Shown: piece after piece, positions 41,550-51,006 of the stretch | How positions within the stretch are numbered: position 1 is the first letter of the stretch | Layout: every line of letters begins with the position of its first letter | Notes under the pieces: generated by a model | What the model was told of the DNA's origin: nothing | Databases searched by the model: none | The model's input: the letters and a program-made list of their open reading frames with translations, nothing else | NCBI GenBank assembly: GCA_902478425.1 | Contig: CABSKV010000001.1 | Span: 1 to 55,691, forward strand | Direction: 5' to 3' | Origin: an uncultured Coriobacteriia bacterium | Lineage (GTDB): Bacteria; Actinomycetota; Coriobacteriia; Coriobacteriales; QAMH01 | Length of the DNA: 55,691 nucleotides | Made by a program: the position numbers and the translations under genes

Positions 41550-42959
41550 ATGGCGGGAACCTTCACCGACCAGGTTCGCATACAGGTCAAGTCCGGCAAC
41601 GGCGGCGCGGGCTGCACCTCGTTTCGTCGCGAAGCACACGTCCCCAAGGGCGGGCCGGACGGCGGCGACGGCGGACGCGGCGGCGACATCATCATCGTCG
41701 CGGATGCTACGGTCTCCACGCTCATCGATTACCGCTACAAGCACCACTTCAAGGCGCAGAAGGGCACGCATGGCCAGGGCAAGCGCATGCATGGCGCAAA
41801 CGGCGAGGATCTCACCCTCAAGGTGCCCGTGGGCACGGTCGTGCGCCTGCTCGATGAGGATCTCGAGCCGTGCGAGGAAATTGCCGACCTCACCCATAAC
41901 GGCGAGCGCGTGATCGTCGCCAAGGGCGGTCGCGGCGGCCGTGGCAACACGCATTTCGTCACGCCGACGAGACGCGCCCCGTCGTTTTCCGAGCTTGGTG
42001 AGCCGACCGAGCCGTTCTGGATCGAGCTCGAGATGAAGCTCATGGCCGATGCCGCGCTCGTGGGCATGCCGTCGGTGGGCAAGAGCTCGCTCATCGCCTG
42101 CATGTCGGCTGCGCGCCCCAAGATCGCCGATTATCCGTTCACCACGCTCACACCCAATCTGGGTATGGTGCGCTACGGTGACCTGAGCTTCACGGTAGCA
42201 GACGTCCCCGGTCTCATCGAGGGCGCAGCCGAGGGCAAGGGCCTGGGTCACGAGTTCTTGCGTCATGTCGAGCGCACAGCCCTCATCTTGCATGTCGTCG
42301 ATCTGACGGGTGGCCTCGAGGGACGCGATCCTGTCGAGGATTACGAGATCATCAAGCGGGAGCTGGAACTCTATGCGCCCGAACTTGCCGATCGCCCCGT
42401 CATCGTCGTGGGCAACAAGGTCGACGTGCCCGGCACCGAGGAAAACCTCGAGCGCTTACGTGCGCACGTGAGAGCCGAGAGCGAGGAGCTCTCCGAGCGT
42501 CTGCTCGACGAAGGTATCGACATCGCCAATCCCATCCCGTTTTTCGCGGTGAGCGCCGTGACGCAAACGGGCATCGACTCGCTCATCGCGGCAACCGCGA
42601 CCGAGGTCCATCGCTTGCGTGAGCAAGCGGCCGAAGACCCGATGCCCGAGTACGACCAGATCTGGGAGCACAGGCGTCTCGAGCGTGATCGCTCCATCGA
42701 GGTCGAGGAAGAGGAGCCGCATGCGTGGCGCGTGCGCGGCAAGGGCGTCGAGCGCATGGTCGTCCAGACCGAGTGGGACAACGACGAGGCCGTCGCCTTC
42801 CTGCAGCGCCGCATGGAGCGAGCCGGCGTCGAGCGTGCGCTTACCGCCGCCGGGGCGCATGCCGGCGACGAGGTGCGCATCATGGACATCGCCTTCGAGT
42901 TCGAGCCTGCGGGCTGGGGCGATGACGAGTTCGACAACATCATTGATCGAGAGGGCTAG
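41550..42959 (+). CDS. obg: GTPase Obg/CgtA
   Basis: Gly-rich Obg fold (FTDQVRIQVKSGNGGAGCTSFRREAHVPKGGPDGGDGGRGGDI), G1 motif GMPSVGKSS, G3 motif DVPGLIEGA and a C-terminal OCT domain. Confidence 0.95.
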   Translation: MAGTFTDQVRIQVKSGNGGAGCTSFRREAHVPKGGPDGGDGGRGGDIIIVADATVSTLIDYRYKHHFKAQKGTHGQGKRMHGANGEDLTLKVPVGTVVRLLDEDLEPCEEIADLTHNGERVIVAKGGRGGRGNTHFVTPTRRAPSFSELGEPTEPFWIELEMKLMADAALVGMPSVGKSSLIACMSAARPKIADYPFTTLTPNLGMVRYGDLSFTVADVPGLIEGAAEGKGLGHEFLRHVERTALILHVVDLTGGLEGRDPVEDYEIIKRELELYAPELADRPVIVVGNKVDVPGTEENLERLRAHVRAESEELSERLLDEGIDIANPIPFFAVSAVTQTGIDSLIAATATEVHRLREQAAEDPMPEYDQIWEHRRLERDRSIEVEEEEPHAWRVRGKGVERMVVQTEWDNDEAVAFLQRRMERAGVERALTAAGAHAGDEVRIMDIAFEFEPAGWGDDEFDNIIDREG

Positions 42960-42962
42960 ACG

Positions 42963-44033
42963 ATGAAGCGCGTGGTAATCAAGATCGGTTCGTCCACCCT
43001 CGTGAAGGATGGCAAGGTTGATGCCGTCTTCGTGGGGCACCTCGCTTCCGAGTGCGCCAACCTCATGCATGACGAGGACATCCAGCCTATCATCGTGTCT
43101 TCGGGCTCCATCGCGCTGGGTCTCGAAGTGCTCGGCATTCATGGCGAACGCCCCGATGACATGCCCACGCTGCAGGCCGCGGCCTCGATCGGGCAGGTCG
43201 GCCTCATCCGCCAATACACCGATACCTTCGCCTGCTTCGGCGTGACGGTGGGCCAGATCCTCATGACGCGCGCGACTACCGGTCAACGCGAGTCGTACCT
43301 GCACGCGCGCGATACCATCGAGCGCCTACTCGAGCTCGGTGTGGTGCCCATCATCAACGAGAACGACACCGTTGCCGTCGAGGAGATTCGCTTCGGCGAC
43401 AACGACACGCTCGCGGCTATGGTCGCGACATCCGTGAATGCTGATCTTGTGGTCCTGCTGAGTGACATCGACGGCCTGTACACGGCCGATCCGCGCAAGA
43501 ACGAAGATGCCGAGCTGCTCAATACCGTGAGCAAGATGAGCGAGGAAATCGAGAACGGCGCCGGTGGCGTTGGCAGTCGCAGTGGTTCGGGCGGCATGCT
43601 CACCAAGATCGCGGCCGCACGCGTGCTCATGGCGGCGGGCATTCCGATGGTCATCTGCGAGGGGCATCGTCGCGAAGCCATCACCGATGCGGTGCACGGA
43701 CGCCAGGTCGGCACGACCTTCTTCGACGAGAGCTCGAACGGCCTTGCGGCGCGCAAGTCCTGGATTGCGCTTGGCGGCAAGGTGAAGGGCCGCGTCGCCT
43801 GTGACGATGGTGCCTGCAATGCGCTGCTCAACCACGGGGGCTCGCTGCTGCCCGTGGGCATCGCTTCTGTCGAAGGCTCGTTTGCGGCGGGCGACCCGGT
43901 CGACGTCGTCGACTTGCAGGGTCGCATCATCGGTCGTGGACTTGCCGGCTATGCGGCCTCCGAGCTCGAGGGCCTGCTCGGCAAGCATGGCGAGCGCGAA
44001 TTCATCAACCGAGACGAACTCGTCATCTTCTAG
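42963..44033 (+). CDS. proB: Glutamate 5-kinase
   Basis: Contains VVIKIGSSTL, INENDTVAVEEIRFGDNDTLAA and a C-terminal PUA domain. Confidence 0.95.
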   Translation: MKRVVIKIGSSTLVKDGKVDAVFVGHLASECANLMHDEDIQPIIVSSGSIALGLEVLGIHGERPDDMPTLQAAASIGQVGLIRQYTDTFACFGVTVGQILMTRATTGQRESYLHARDTIERLLELGVVPIINENDTVAVEEIRFGDNDTLAAMVATSVNADLVVLLSDIDGLYTADPRKNEDAELLNTVSKMSEEIENGAGGVGSRSGSGGMLTKIAAARVLMAAGIPMVICEGHRREAITDAVHGRQVGTTFFDESSNGLAARKSWIALGGKVKGRVACDDGACNALLNHGGSLLPVGIASVEGSFAAGDPVDVVDLQGRIIGRGLAGYAASELEGLLGKHGEREFINRDELVIF

Positions 44034-44065
44034 ATGAGACAAATATCGCCGGGGCATTTTTGTCT
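44034..44065. repeat. Palindromic repeat, copy C (degenerate; inverted relative to copy D)
   Basis: ATGAGACAAATATCGCCGGGGCATTTTTGTCT starts at the base after the proB stop. It matches the reverse complement of copy D over this 32-nt core apart from 1 mismatch; beyond it the 3' arm has decayed. Confidence 0.55.
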
Positions 44066-44134
44066 TGTCCGCTATTATCCGCCCGGCGAATACGGCTGCT
44101 CTGTGTCAAGGAGTCCCTGACCCGTGGCGCACGG

Positions 44135-44171
44135 AATGAGACAAAAATGCCCCGGCGGTATTTGTCTCATT
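44135..44171. repeat. Palindromic repeat, copy D (AATGAGACAAA-N15-TTTGTCTCATT)
   Basis: AATGAGACAAAAATGCCCCGGCGGTATTTGTCTCATT has 11-bp perfect arms. The arms are shared with copies A and B, but the loop differs. Confidence 0.65.
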
Positions 44172-44304
44172 TCGACCGAAGACGCGAAGCGCCGTAGCGG
44201 AGAAATCTCGCCACTATCCCGTCAGCCGAAGCGATACGGCGGGGCTATCTTCGAACCGCTATACTTATGCCGTTATGTAACCTTTCAGGGAAGGTGAATC
44301 TGGA

Positions 44305-45309
44305 ATGTCTCTCAAAATCGGCATCAATGGTTTTGGCCGCATCGGCCGTCTGGTTTTCCGTCTTGCTGAGCTCGACCCCGATGTCGAGGTCGTTGCCATC
44401 AACAACCCCAGCGACCTTGAGTGTGCCGCCTATCTGACCAAGTATGATTCCAGCCAGGGTCGTGTCTTCGAGGAGTGCTTCGCCGAGGAAGGCGCCCTCG
44501 TCGTCGATGGTCACAGGGTCAAGGCATTCCAGACGCGCGAGCCCAAGGAGCTCGACTGGGCTTCCGTTGGCGCAGAGGTCGTCATCGAGTCCACGGGTCG
44601 CCTCAAGACCGGCGAGGCCTGCCAGGTGCATCTCGACAACGGCGCCAAGAAGGTCGTCATCTCCGCCCCGGGCACGGATGTGGACGCGACCATCGTCATG
44701 GGCGTCAACCAGGACATCTACGATCCGGCGACGATGAACATCGTCTCCAATGCCTCGTGCACCACGAACTGCCTTGCGCCGTTTGCCAAGGTCCTCAACG
44801 ACAGCTTCGGCATCAAGCGCGGCCTCATGAACACCATTCACGCCTATACCAACGACCAGAAGATCCTCGACGTGCACCACAAGGACTTCCGTCGTTCGCG
44901 CGCTGCGGCGCTTTCCATGATTCCCACCTCCACGGGTGCTGCCAAGGCCGTTGGCCTGGTGCTTCCCAGCCTGCAGGGCAAGCTCGACGGTTTCGCGACG
45001 CGCGTTCCCACGCCGACAGGCTCGATGGTCGACCTCACGGCCGAGCTTGAGAAGGACGTCACGGTCGACGAGATCAACGCCGCGATGAAGGCTGCCGCCG
45101 AGGGCCCCATGAAGGGCATCCTCGAGTACTGCGTCGACCCCATCGTCAGCTGCGACATCATCGGCGACCTGCACTCCTCGATCTTCGACTCCAAGCTCAC
45201 CAAGGTGCTCGGCGGCGAGGGCAACTTCGTCAAGTGCATTTCCTGGTACGACAACGAGATGGGCTACTCCGCCCGTTGCGTCGACCTGGCCAAGTTCCTC
45301 GTGGCATAG
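44305..45309 (+). CDS. gap: Type I glyceraldehyde-3-phosphate dehydrogenase
   Basis: Contains IGINGFGRIGRLVFR and the active site SNASCTTNCLAP, followed by WYDNEMGYS. Confidence 0.96.
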   Translation: MSLKIGINGFGRIGRLVFRLAELDPDVEVVAINNPSDLECAAYLTKYDSSQGRVFEECFAEEGALVVDGHRVKAFQTREPKELDWASVGAEVVIESTGRLKTGEACQVHLDNGAKKVVISAPGTDVDATIVMGVNQDIYDPATMNIVSNASCTTNCLAPFAKVLNDSFGIKRGLMNTIHAYTNDQKILDVHHKDFRRSRAAALSMIPTSTGAAKAVGLVLPSLQGKLDGFATRVPTPTGSMVDLTAELEKDVTVDEINAAMKAAAEGPMKGILEYCVDPIVSCDIIGDLHSSIFDSKLTKVLGGEGNFVKCISWYDNEMGYSARCVDLAKFLVA

Positions 45310-45334
45310 ACGCTGCAGGAAATCCGATCTTAGG

Positions 45335-45365
45335 GAGGGGGGTCTCGCGCTCCCCTTCTTGTTTT
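45335..45365 (+). terminator. Candidate intrinsic terminator after gap
   Basis: A G-rich/C-rich 7-bp stem (GGGGGGT/GCTCCCC, including wobbles) is followed by TTCTTGTTTT. Confidence 0.45.
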
Positions 45366-45380
45366 GAGAGTGAGACAGAA

Positions 45381-45413
45381 AATGAGACAAACGCTCGCAC
45401 TCGCTGTCTCATT
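45381..45413. repeat. 33-nt palindromic intergenic repeat, copy B
   Basis: AATGAGACAAACGCTCGCACTCGCTGTCTCATT is preceded by a partial arm GTGAGACAG. It lies between gap and rsmI. Confidence 0.65.
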
Positions 45414-45444
45414 CCGCAGGTCACGAGCGTAGGGAGGCGAAAAG

Positions 45445-46281
45445 ATGACCGGCAAGCTGACCATAGTCCCCACGCCGCTCGGCAATCTGGGCGATATGAC
45501 CGCTCGCGCGCTCGAAGCGCTCGAACAGGCCGACGTCGTCTGCGCCGAGGACACGCGCGTTACCGGCAAACTGCTTGCGCATTTCGGCATCCAGGCACGT
45601 CTCGAGCGATGCGACGAGAACGTCATCGCCTCCAAGACCCCTGCGCTCATCGCACGCATGCGCGAGGGCGAGCAGATTGCGTTTTGCTCGGATGCGGGCA
45701 TGCCCGGCATCAGCGACCCCGGCAGCGTCCTCGTTGATGCGGCGCGCGATGCCAGCGTCCCCGTCGACGTGCTGCCTGGCCCCAGCGCCGTGATAACCGC
45801 GCTGGTGAGCTCCGGCTTCAAGCATAACGCCTTCTACTTTGGTGGCTTCTTGCCGCGCAAGGATGCCGAGCGCACTCGACTGCTCGAGTCACTGGCAGCC
45901 CTCGATGCCGCGCTCGTCTTCTACGAGTCGCCCCATCGTGTCGCCGCTGCCGTCGAGAGCATTGCTCAGGCGTATGGCGAAAGGCCAGTCGCATTGTGCC
46001 GCGAGTTGACGAAGCTGCACGAGGAGGTGCTGCGGCTGCCCGCAACCGAGCTCGCGCATAACCTGGCTGCGCGCGACGCCATCAAAGGCGAGGTCGTCCT
46101 CGTGATCGCGCCGCCGGACGTTCGGGCGCAGCAGGAGGCCTCACTCGATGACCCTGCCCTACACGAGCACATCGCCGCCGAGCTGACCGCCGGCACGCCC
46201 AAGTCGGCACTCGCCAAGGAGCTCGCCCGCGAGCTCGACCTCCCCAAAAACAAGCTCTACGACCTCATCTTGGGGATGTAA
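45445..46281 (+). CDS. rsmI: 16S rRNA (cytidine1402-2'-O)-methyltransferase
   Basis: Tetrapyrrole-methylase fold, with LTIVPTPLGNLGDMTARALEALEQADVVCAEDTR and SDAGMPGISDPG. Confidence 0.92.
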   Translation: MTGKLTIVPTPLGNLGDMTARALEALEQADVVCAEDTRVTGKLLAHFGIQARLERCDENVIASKTPALIARMREGEQIAFCSDAGMPGISDPGSVLVDAARDASVPVDVLPGPSAVITALVSSGFKHNAFYFGGFLPRKDAERTRLLESLAALDAALVFYESPHRVAAAVESIAQAYGERPVALCRELTKLHEEVLRLPATELAHNLAARDAIKGEVVLVIAPPDVRAQQEASLDDPALHEHIAAELTAGTPKSALAKELARELDLPKNKLYDLILGM

Positions 46282-46331
46282 GCCGCTATAATCTCCCCCA
46301 GCATATCCGTACGAGTGAGGACCGATATCCT

Positions 46332-47876
46332 ATGACCAAAGACAGCTTCTACGTCACCACGCCCATCTACTACGTCAACGGAGAGCCACACATCGGCACC
46401 GCGTACACCACCGTCGCGGCCGATGCCACCGCGCGTTTCGCGCGCATGGACGGGCGCGATGTCTTCTTCCTCACCGGCATGGACGAGCATGGCGAGAAGG
46501 TCGCCGAGGCGGCCGCCGAGCACGGCATGACGCCGCAGGAGTGGTGCGACAGCCAGGTCACGCAATTTACCGACCTGTGGCGCGACCTCGACATCACCAA
46601 CGACGATTTCATCCGCACGACGCAGCCGCGTCACGTCAAGGGCGTCCAGGACTTCATGCAGAAGCTCTATGACAATGGCTACCTCTACAAGGGCACTTAC
46701 GACGGCTACTACTGCACGCCGTGCGAGACGCAGTTCACCGAAGGCGACCTGGTTGACGGCAAGTGCCCCGATTGTGGGCGTGAGGTCAAGGTCATCCATG
46801 AGGAGAACTGGTTCTTCAAGCTCTCCGAGTTTGACGACAAGTTGCTCGCGTACTACGACGAACACCCCAACTTCATCCGCCCGCAGATTCGCGAAAACGA
46901 GATCCGCTCCTTCATCGAAGGCGGCATGCATGACCTATCCGTGAGCCGCACGGCGTTTGACTGGGGCATTCCGCTGCCGTTCGACCCCGATCACGTCACC
47001 TACGTGTGGGTCGACGCGCTCATCAACTACCTCACCGCGCTCGGCTATGGCAGCGACGACACCACGCTGCTCGAGCGTTACTGGCCGGCGAACTTCCACT
47101 TCGTCGGCAAGGACATCATCCGTTTTCACTGCGTGATCTGGCCGGCCATGCTCATGGCCGCTGGCATGGAGTGCCCGCGCCACGTCTTCGCGCACGGCTT
47201 CCTGATGGCCGCTGACGGCTCCAAGATGAGCAAGTCGAAGGGCAACGCGCTCTATCCGCGCGACCTCATCGAGCGCTATGGCGTCGATGCCTACCGCTAC
47301 TACTTCCTGAGCGACGTGACCTTCGGCTCGGACGGCAACATCGGCTATGACCGCATCACGCAGGTCTACAACGCTGATCTGGCCAACACCTACGGCAACT
47401 TGTTCAGCCGCGTGAGCAACATGGTGATCAAGTACTTCGATGGCCAGGTACCCGAGGTTCCCGTCGAATTCGGCCTGGAGGAAAATCCGCTCTCGGAGAT
47501 TGCCGGGGGGCTCTACGGCCGCTATGCGGCATGCATGAACGACATCGACTTCGGAGGAGCAGCCGCGCAAGTCATGGAGCTTCTGCATCGCGCAAACCTC
47601 TACGTCGAGGAAAGCGCTCCGTGGAATCTCGCCAAAAGCGAGGAGACCCAGGGCGAGCTGGCGTTCGTGCTCTACAACGCGCTGGAGACGTGCCGCATCG
47701 CCGCGCTGCTCCTTGCCCCCTTCATGCCCAATACGTCGACAGAGCTGTGGAGGCGCCTGGGCCTGGGTGACCCATGCGCTGTCGACAACGCCGCCGAGCT
47801 TGCGCTGTGGGGCGGCCTTCCCGCCGGCAACGAGGTCACCAAGGGCGACGCCCTCTTCCCGCGTCTCGAGAAGTAA
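46332..47876 (+). CDS. metG: Methionine--tRNA ligase
   Basis: Contains YVTTPIYYVNGEPHIGTAYTT (HIGH), Zn-knuckles CTPCE and CPDCG, and KMSKS. Confidence 0.95.
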   Translation: MTKDSFYVTTPIYYVNGEPHIGTAYTTVAADATARFARMDGRDVFFLTGMDEHGEKVAEAAAEHGMTPQEWCDSQVTQFTDLWRDLDITNDDFIRTTQPRHVKGVQDFMQKLYDNGYLYKGTYDGYYCTPCETQFTEGDLVDGKCPDCGREVKVIHEENWFFKLSEFDDKLLAYYDEHPNFIRPQIRENEIRSFIEGGMHDLSVSRTAFDWGIPLPFDPDHVTYVWVDALINYLTALGYGSDDTTLLERYWPANFHFVGKDIIRFHCVIWPAMLMAAGMECPRHVFAHGFLMAADGSKMSKSKGNALYPRDLIERYGVDAYRYYFLSDVTFGSDGNIGYDRITQVYNADLANTYGNLFSRVSNMVIKYFDGQVPEVPVEFGLEENPLSEIAGGLYGRYAACMNDIDFGGAAAQVMELLHRANLYVEESAPWNLAKSEETQGELAFVLYNALETCRIAALLLAPFMPNTSTELWRRLGLGDPCAVDNAAELALWGGLPAGNEVTKGDALFPRLEK

Positions 47877-48943
47877 TGGGCTACAACGACTTCAAACACT
47901 TCGACGAACGTGACGCGCTCTTTCGCAACTCAAAGGGCAAGGTCAAGCCTGCTCCCGAATTGCCGTACGGTACGCTTGTTGCCGACACGCATTGTCACCT
48001 GGGCATGTTTCCCGAACCGGGGCTCGCGCTTGCGCAGGCGGCGGCCCATAGCGTCGACTTCATCTGCTGCATGACCGATCCGACAAGACCCGAGCTTGAC
48101 GGCGACGACGGAGACGTGACGCGACGGACGGCGCGTGATACCTACGACGGGCTCGGCTCGTGGTTCGATGATGCTGCGGCATTGCTCGAGGAGTGGGGGA
48201 TGGCCCAGGCCATCATGCCGCGCGTACGCTTTGCCTGCGGTGTGCATCCGCACAACGCCAAGTACTTCGAGGAAGCGCGCGAGGAGCTGGAAGAGCTGCT
48301 CGCCCGTCCCGAGACGAGCTGTCTGGGCGAGGTGGGGCTCGATTACCATTACGACTTCAGCCCGCGCGACGTGCAGCGCGAGGTCTTTGCCGAGCAGCTG
48401 TCAATTGCCATCGAAAAGGACCTTCCCGTGAGTCTGCACCTGCGCGAGGCCCATGACGACGCGCTCGCCATCTTGCGCGAGACGGGCGTCCCCAAGGCCG
48501 GCTGCATCGTGCACTGCTTCAACCTCGATGCCCAAACGCTGGCTCCCTTCCTCGAACTCGGTTGCTACGTCGCCTTTGGCGGGCCGCTCACCTTCAAGAA
48601 GAGCTGGGAGACGCGCGCGGCCGCTCTCGACGTGCCGCTGGACCGTCTTCTTACCGAAACCGATGCTCCCTATATGGCTCCCGAGCCTTTGCGCGGCACG
48701 GTCTGCACGCCGAGCCAGACTGTCTTCACCTTGCGCGAGCTGCTCGATTGCTTTGGATATGCGGGGGACGAGCGCGCCTTCGAGCTTTTGCAGCCCCGGC
48801 AAAGCGACATCGAGAACGGGGCCGTGGCGCCGGTGACGTCGATGCCAGACTATGTGACCCTGCAACGGGGGCTCACCGAGGCGCAGTTCTCCGAACGCGT
48901 CTTCCAGAACGCCCTCGACGTACTCGACGCGAAGCGTGTCTGA
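47876..48943 (+). CDS. TatD-family metal-dependent hydrolase
   Basis: The ATG overlaps the metG TAA (TAATG). Motifs VADTHCHL, GEVGLDYHY, SLHLREA, VHCF and ETDAPYM are present. It sits in the conserved metG-tatD-ksgA context. Confidence 0.88.
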   Translation: MGYNDFKHFDERDALFRNSKGKVKPAPELPYGTLVADTHCHLGMFPEPGLALAQAAAHSVDFICCMTDPTRPELDGDDGDVTRRTARDTYDGLGSWFDDAAALLEEWGMAQAIMPRVRFACGVHPHNAKYFEEAREELEELLARPETSCLGEVGLDYHYDFSPRDVQREVFAEQLSIAIEKDLPVSLHLREAHDDALAILRETGVPKAGCIVHCFNLDAQTLAPFLELGCYVAFGGPLTFKKSWETRAAALDVPLDRLLTETDAPYMAPEPLRGTVCTPSQTVFTLRELLDCFGYAGDERAFELLQPRQSDIENGAVAPVTSMPDYVTLQRGLTEAQFSERVFQNALDVLDAKRV

Positions 48944-48954
48944 GAGGAGCCTCC

Positions 48955-50109
48955 ATGGCGAAGAAGTCAAGAAGGCAGAAACTTCCGACCGAGAGGGACT
49001 TCGAGAGGCTGAATGCTCCCAAACCGGCAAGGCCGGAGCCCGTCGAGGAACAAGCTCCGGTCGATGAGCCGGATTCCGAGGAGGACGTTCCCGTCGCGCA
49101 GGATGTCGAGCCAGATGACGGCACGAATGCGGACGATGTGGCAGCTGCCGAGGCAGACGAGGCAATCGAGACTACGCCGGTCTATAACGTCGATGGCGGC
49201 GTGTCCGTATCGCTGGCAGGCGATGTCACGGGCGCACAGGCGCACGAGGGCGAGCATTCCGATGAGCCGGAAGAGGAGCTTGACGAGCAAGCTCGCGAAC
49301 AGCCTGGTGGCGATTCCGGGGGGCGCCTCGCGGAGGGTTTCGCCGAAGAGCCCGAAGAGCCCGTAGACGAGTCCGTGGACGAGCCTATCGTCGTCGATGA
49401 TGTCACTGGCGAGCCATCCGACAATCCGGCCCCCGATGTGTCCGAAAAGCAGTCCGAGCCCGAGGAAACCTTCGTCGGTCGTGGTACGGCCATGGAGGAC
49501 GGGGAAGAGCCCGGCGACGAATCCGACGAGACCGAAGAGGAGTCCAGGCGACCCGAGGTTCTGATTCTCGTGGGCTCGCCGCACGCGGATGGCAAATCCG
49601 CGCTCTTCGGACGCAAACTTTCCGAATACCTGCGTCTGTCGGGTGCTGCCGTCACGCTCTACGAAATCGCCAAGTATCCCGTTGCGGCATGCACGGGTTG
49701 TGGAGTATGTAGCGAGACGGGGTTGTGTTGCATCAAGGGCGATGCCTGGAACGTCCTGTCCCGCCACATGGAGTCCTGCTCGGCGCTCGTCGTCATCGCC
49801 CCCGTCTACTTTGCCGGCCCCTCGGGCTGGCTCAAGGCGGCGCTCGACCGCTGCCAGGTGTACTGGGCACGCAAGTATGTGCTCAAGGACTGGATTCCGC
49901 GTAAGCGACCAGCGCACCTTCTCGTCATTGGCGATGGAGGAGACCCCTATGGCAGCGAGCCTCTCGAGACCATTTGCACCTCGGCGCTCAATTGCGCGAA
50001 CCTGCGTATCGTGCCCGAGCGCATCACGCGCATGATCGGCGACCAGTTTGACCTGCGCCATGCCGTCACCCTGGCTGGCCAGGTCATGGCAAGCATCGGG
50101 CGGGAATGA
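48955..50109 (+). CDS. Iron-sulfur flavoprotein-like (flavodoxin-fold NADPH-FMN reductase family) protein with a ~190-aa acidic N-terminal extension
   Basis: ATG 48955 follows GAGGAG; the ORF-track start at 48562 overlaps tatD. The C-terminal domain reads ILVGSPHADGKS with a compact Cys motif C-TG-C-GV-C-SETGL-C, then VIAPVYFAGPSGWLKAALDR. Confidence 0.75.
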   Translation: MAKKSRRQKLPTERDFERLNAPKPARPEPVEEQAPVDEPDSEEDVPVAQDVEPDDGTNADDVAAAEADEAIETTPVYNVDGGVSVSLAGDVTGAQAHEGEHSDEPEEELDEQAREQPGGDSGGRLAEGFAEEPEEPVDESVDEPIVVDDVTGEPSDNPAPDVSEKQSEPEETFVGRGTAMEDGEEPGDESDETEEESRRPEVLILVGSPHADGKSALFGRKLSEYLRLSGAAVTLYEIAKYPVAACTGCGVCSETGLCCIKGDAWNVLSRHMESCSALVVIAPVYFAGPSGWLKAALDRCQVYWARKYVLKDWIPRKRPAHLLVIGDGGDPYGSEPLETICTSALNCANLRIVPERITRMIGDQFDLRHAVTLAGQVMASIGRE

Positions 50110-50993
50110 CGATGCCGTATTCGACGCTGGCTAATCCGCGTGCGACCAAGGGTGTCCTGCAGGAGTTTGGCTTGAGCGCCAAGCATGCACTCGGCCAGAA
50201 CTTCCTCGTGGATGATAACGTCATCGGCAATATCCTGCGTCTTGCCCGACTCGACGAACCGCAGTCAGGCGAAGAGCTACCCACGCTGCTCGAGATTGGT
50301 CCGGGAATCGGCACGCTCACCATTGCGCTGCTCGAACGCGCCAAGCTCATCGCCGTCGAGCGCGATGCCGATCTTATCGACGTGCTCGCGCAGACGACGA
50401 TGGACCTATCTCATCGCTTTGCGCTCATTCAAAAGGATGCTCTCAAATTGACGCGTGACGAGGTCGAGCAGGCTGCCGCCGCACTTGATGCGCCCATGCC
50501 GCATCAGCTCGTCTCGAATCTGCCTTACGGTATTGCCGCGACCGTGGTGCTTGATTGGCTGGAGCGCTTCGAGTTTCTCGATGCCATGACGGTCATGGTG
50601 CAAAGCGAGGTCGCCGATCGCATGTGCGCCGAGGTGGGCACCAAGAACTATGGCGCCTATACGGTCAAATTGCGTTTGCGCGCACACGTGGTGGATCGTT
50701 TCCAGGTGCCGCCGAGCTGCTTCATGCCCGCTCCGCATGTCGAAAGTGCCGTCATCCGCATCGAACGCAACGAGGACGCGCCCGCGCCCGAACTGCTCGC
50801 AGCGGCTTGTGATTTGGCTGACGCGGCATTCGCCCAGCGCCGCAAGACCATTCGCAACTCAATGAGCAGCCGCTATCCCAAGGAAATCGTCGACCACCTT
50901 CTCGCCGCCTGCGACATTTCGCCCACCACGCGCGGCGAGACATTGGAGCCCGAAACCTATCTCCAAATGGCCTGCGTTCTGCTAGCCCAGTAA
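50106..50993 (+). CDS. rsmA: 16S rRNA (adenine1518/1519-N6)-dimethyltransferase
   Basis: Contains HALGQNFLVDDNV, EIGPGIGTLT and SNLPYGIA. Its ATGA overlaps the upstream stop. Confidence 0.93.
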   Translation: MTMPYSTLANPRATKGVLQEFGLSAKHALGQNFLVDDNVIGNILRLARLDEPQSGEELPTLLEIGPGIGTLTIALLERAKLIAVERDADLIDVLAQTTMDLSHRFALIQKDALKLTRDEVEQAAAALDAPMPHQLVSNLPYGIAATVVLDWLERFEFLDAMTVMVQSEVADRMCAEVGTKNYGAYTVKLRLRAHVVDRFQVPPSCFMPAPHVESAVIRIERNEDAPAPELLAAACDLADAAFAQRRKTIRNSMSSRYPKEIVDHLLAACDISPTTRGETLEPETYLQMACVLLAQ

Positions 50994-51006
50994 ACGGGCG
51001 TCTGGG

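Noticed and set aside
45370-45389. The possibility that the GAGACA(G)-containing repeats are internal Nextera mosaic-end contamination
   Set aside because: Only the hexamer/heptamer GAGACA(G) is shared with the mosaic end. The rest (AGATGTGTATAA) is absent. The elements are perfect palindromes embedded in continuous genomic context at four loci.
48562-48954. Upstream ORF extensions that overlap the preceding gene. This one belongs to the Isf-like gene. Others are 13664-13912 (yqeK), 47774-47875 (tatD), 40172-40312 (GCL), 41490-41549 (obg), 6996-7076 (uvrC), 34740-34814 (AAA+), 21504-21590 (hyaC), 24493-24537 (hyaA) and 18636-18674 (rplM).
   Set aside because: In each case an internal ATG or GTG preceded by a good SD coincides with the start of family homology and removes the overlap.
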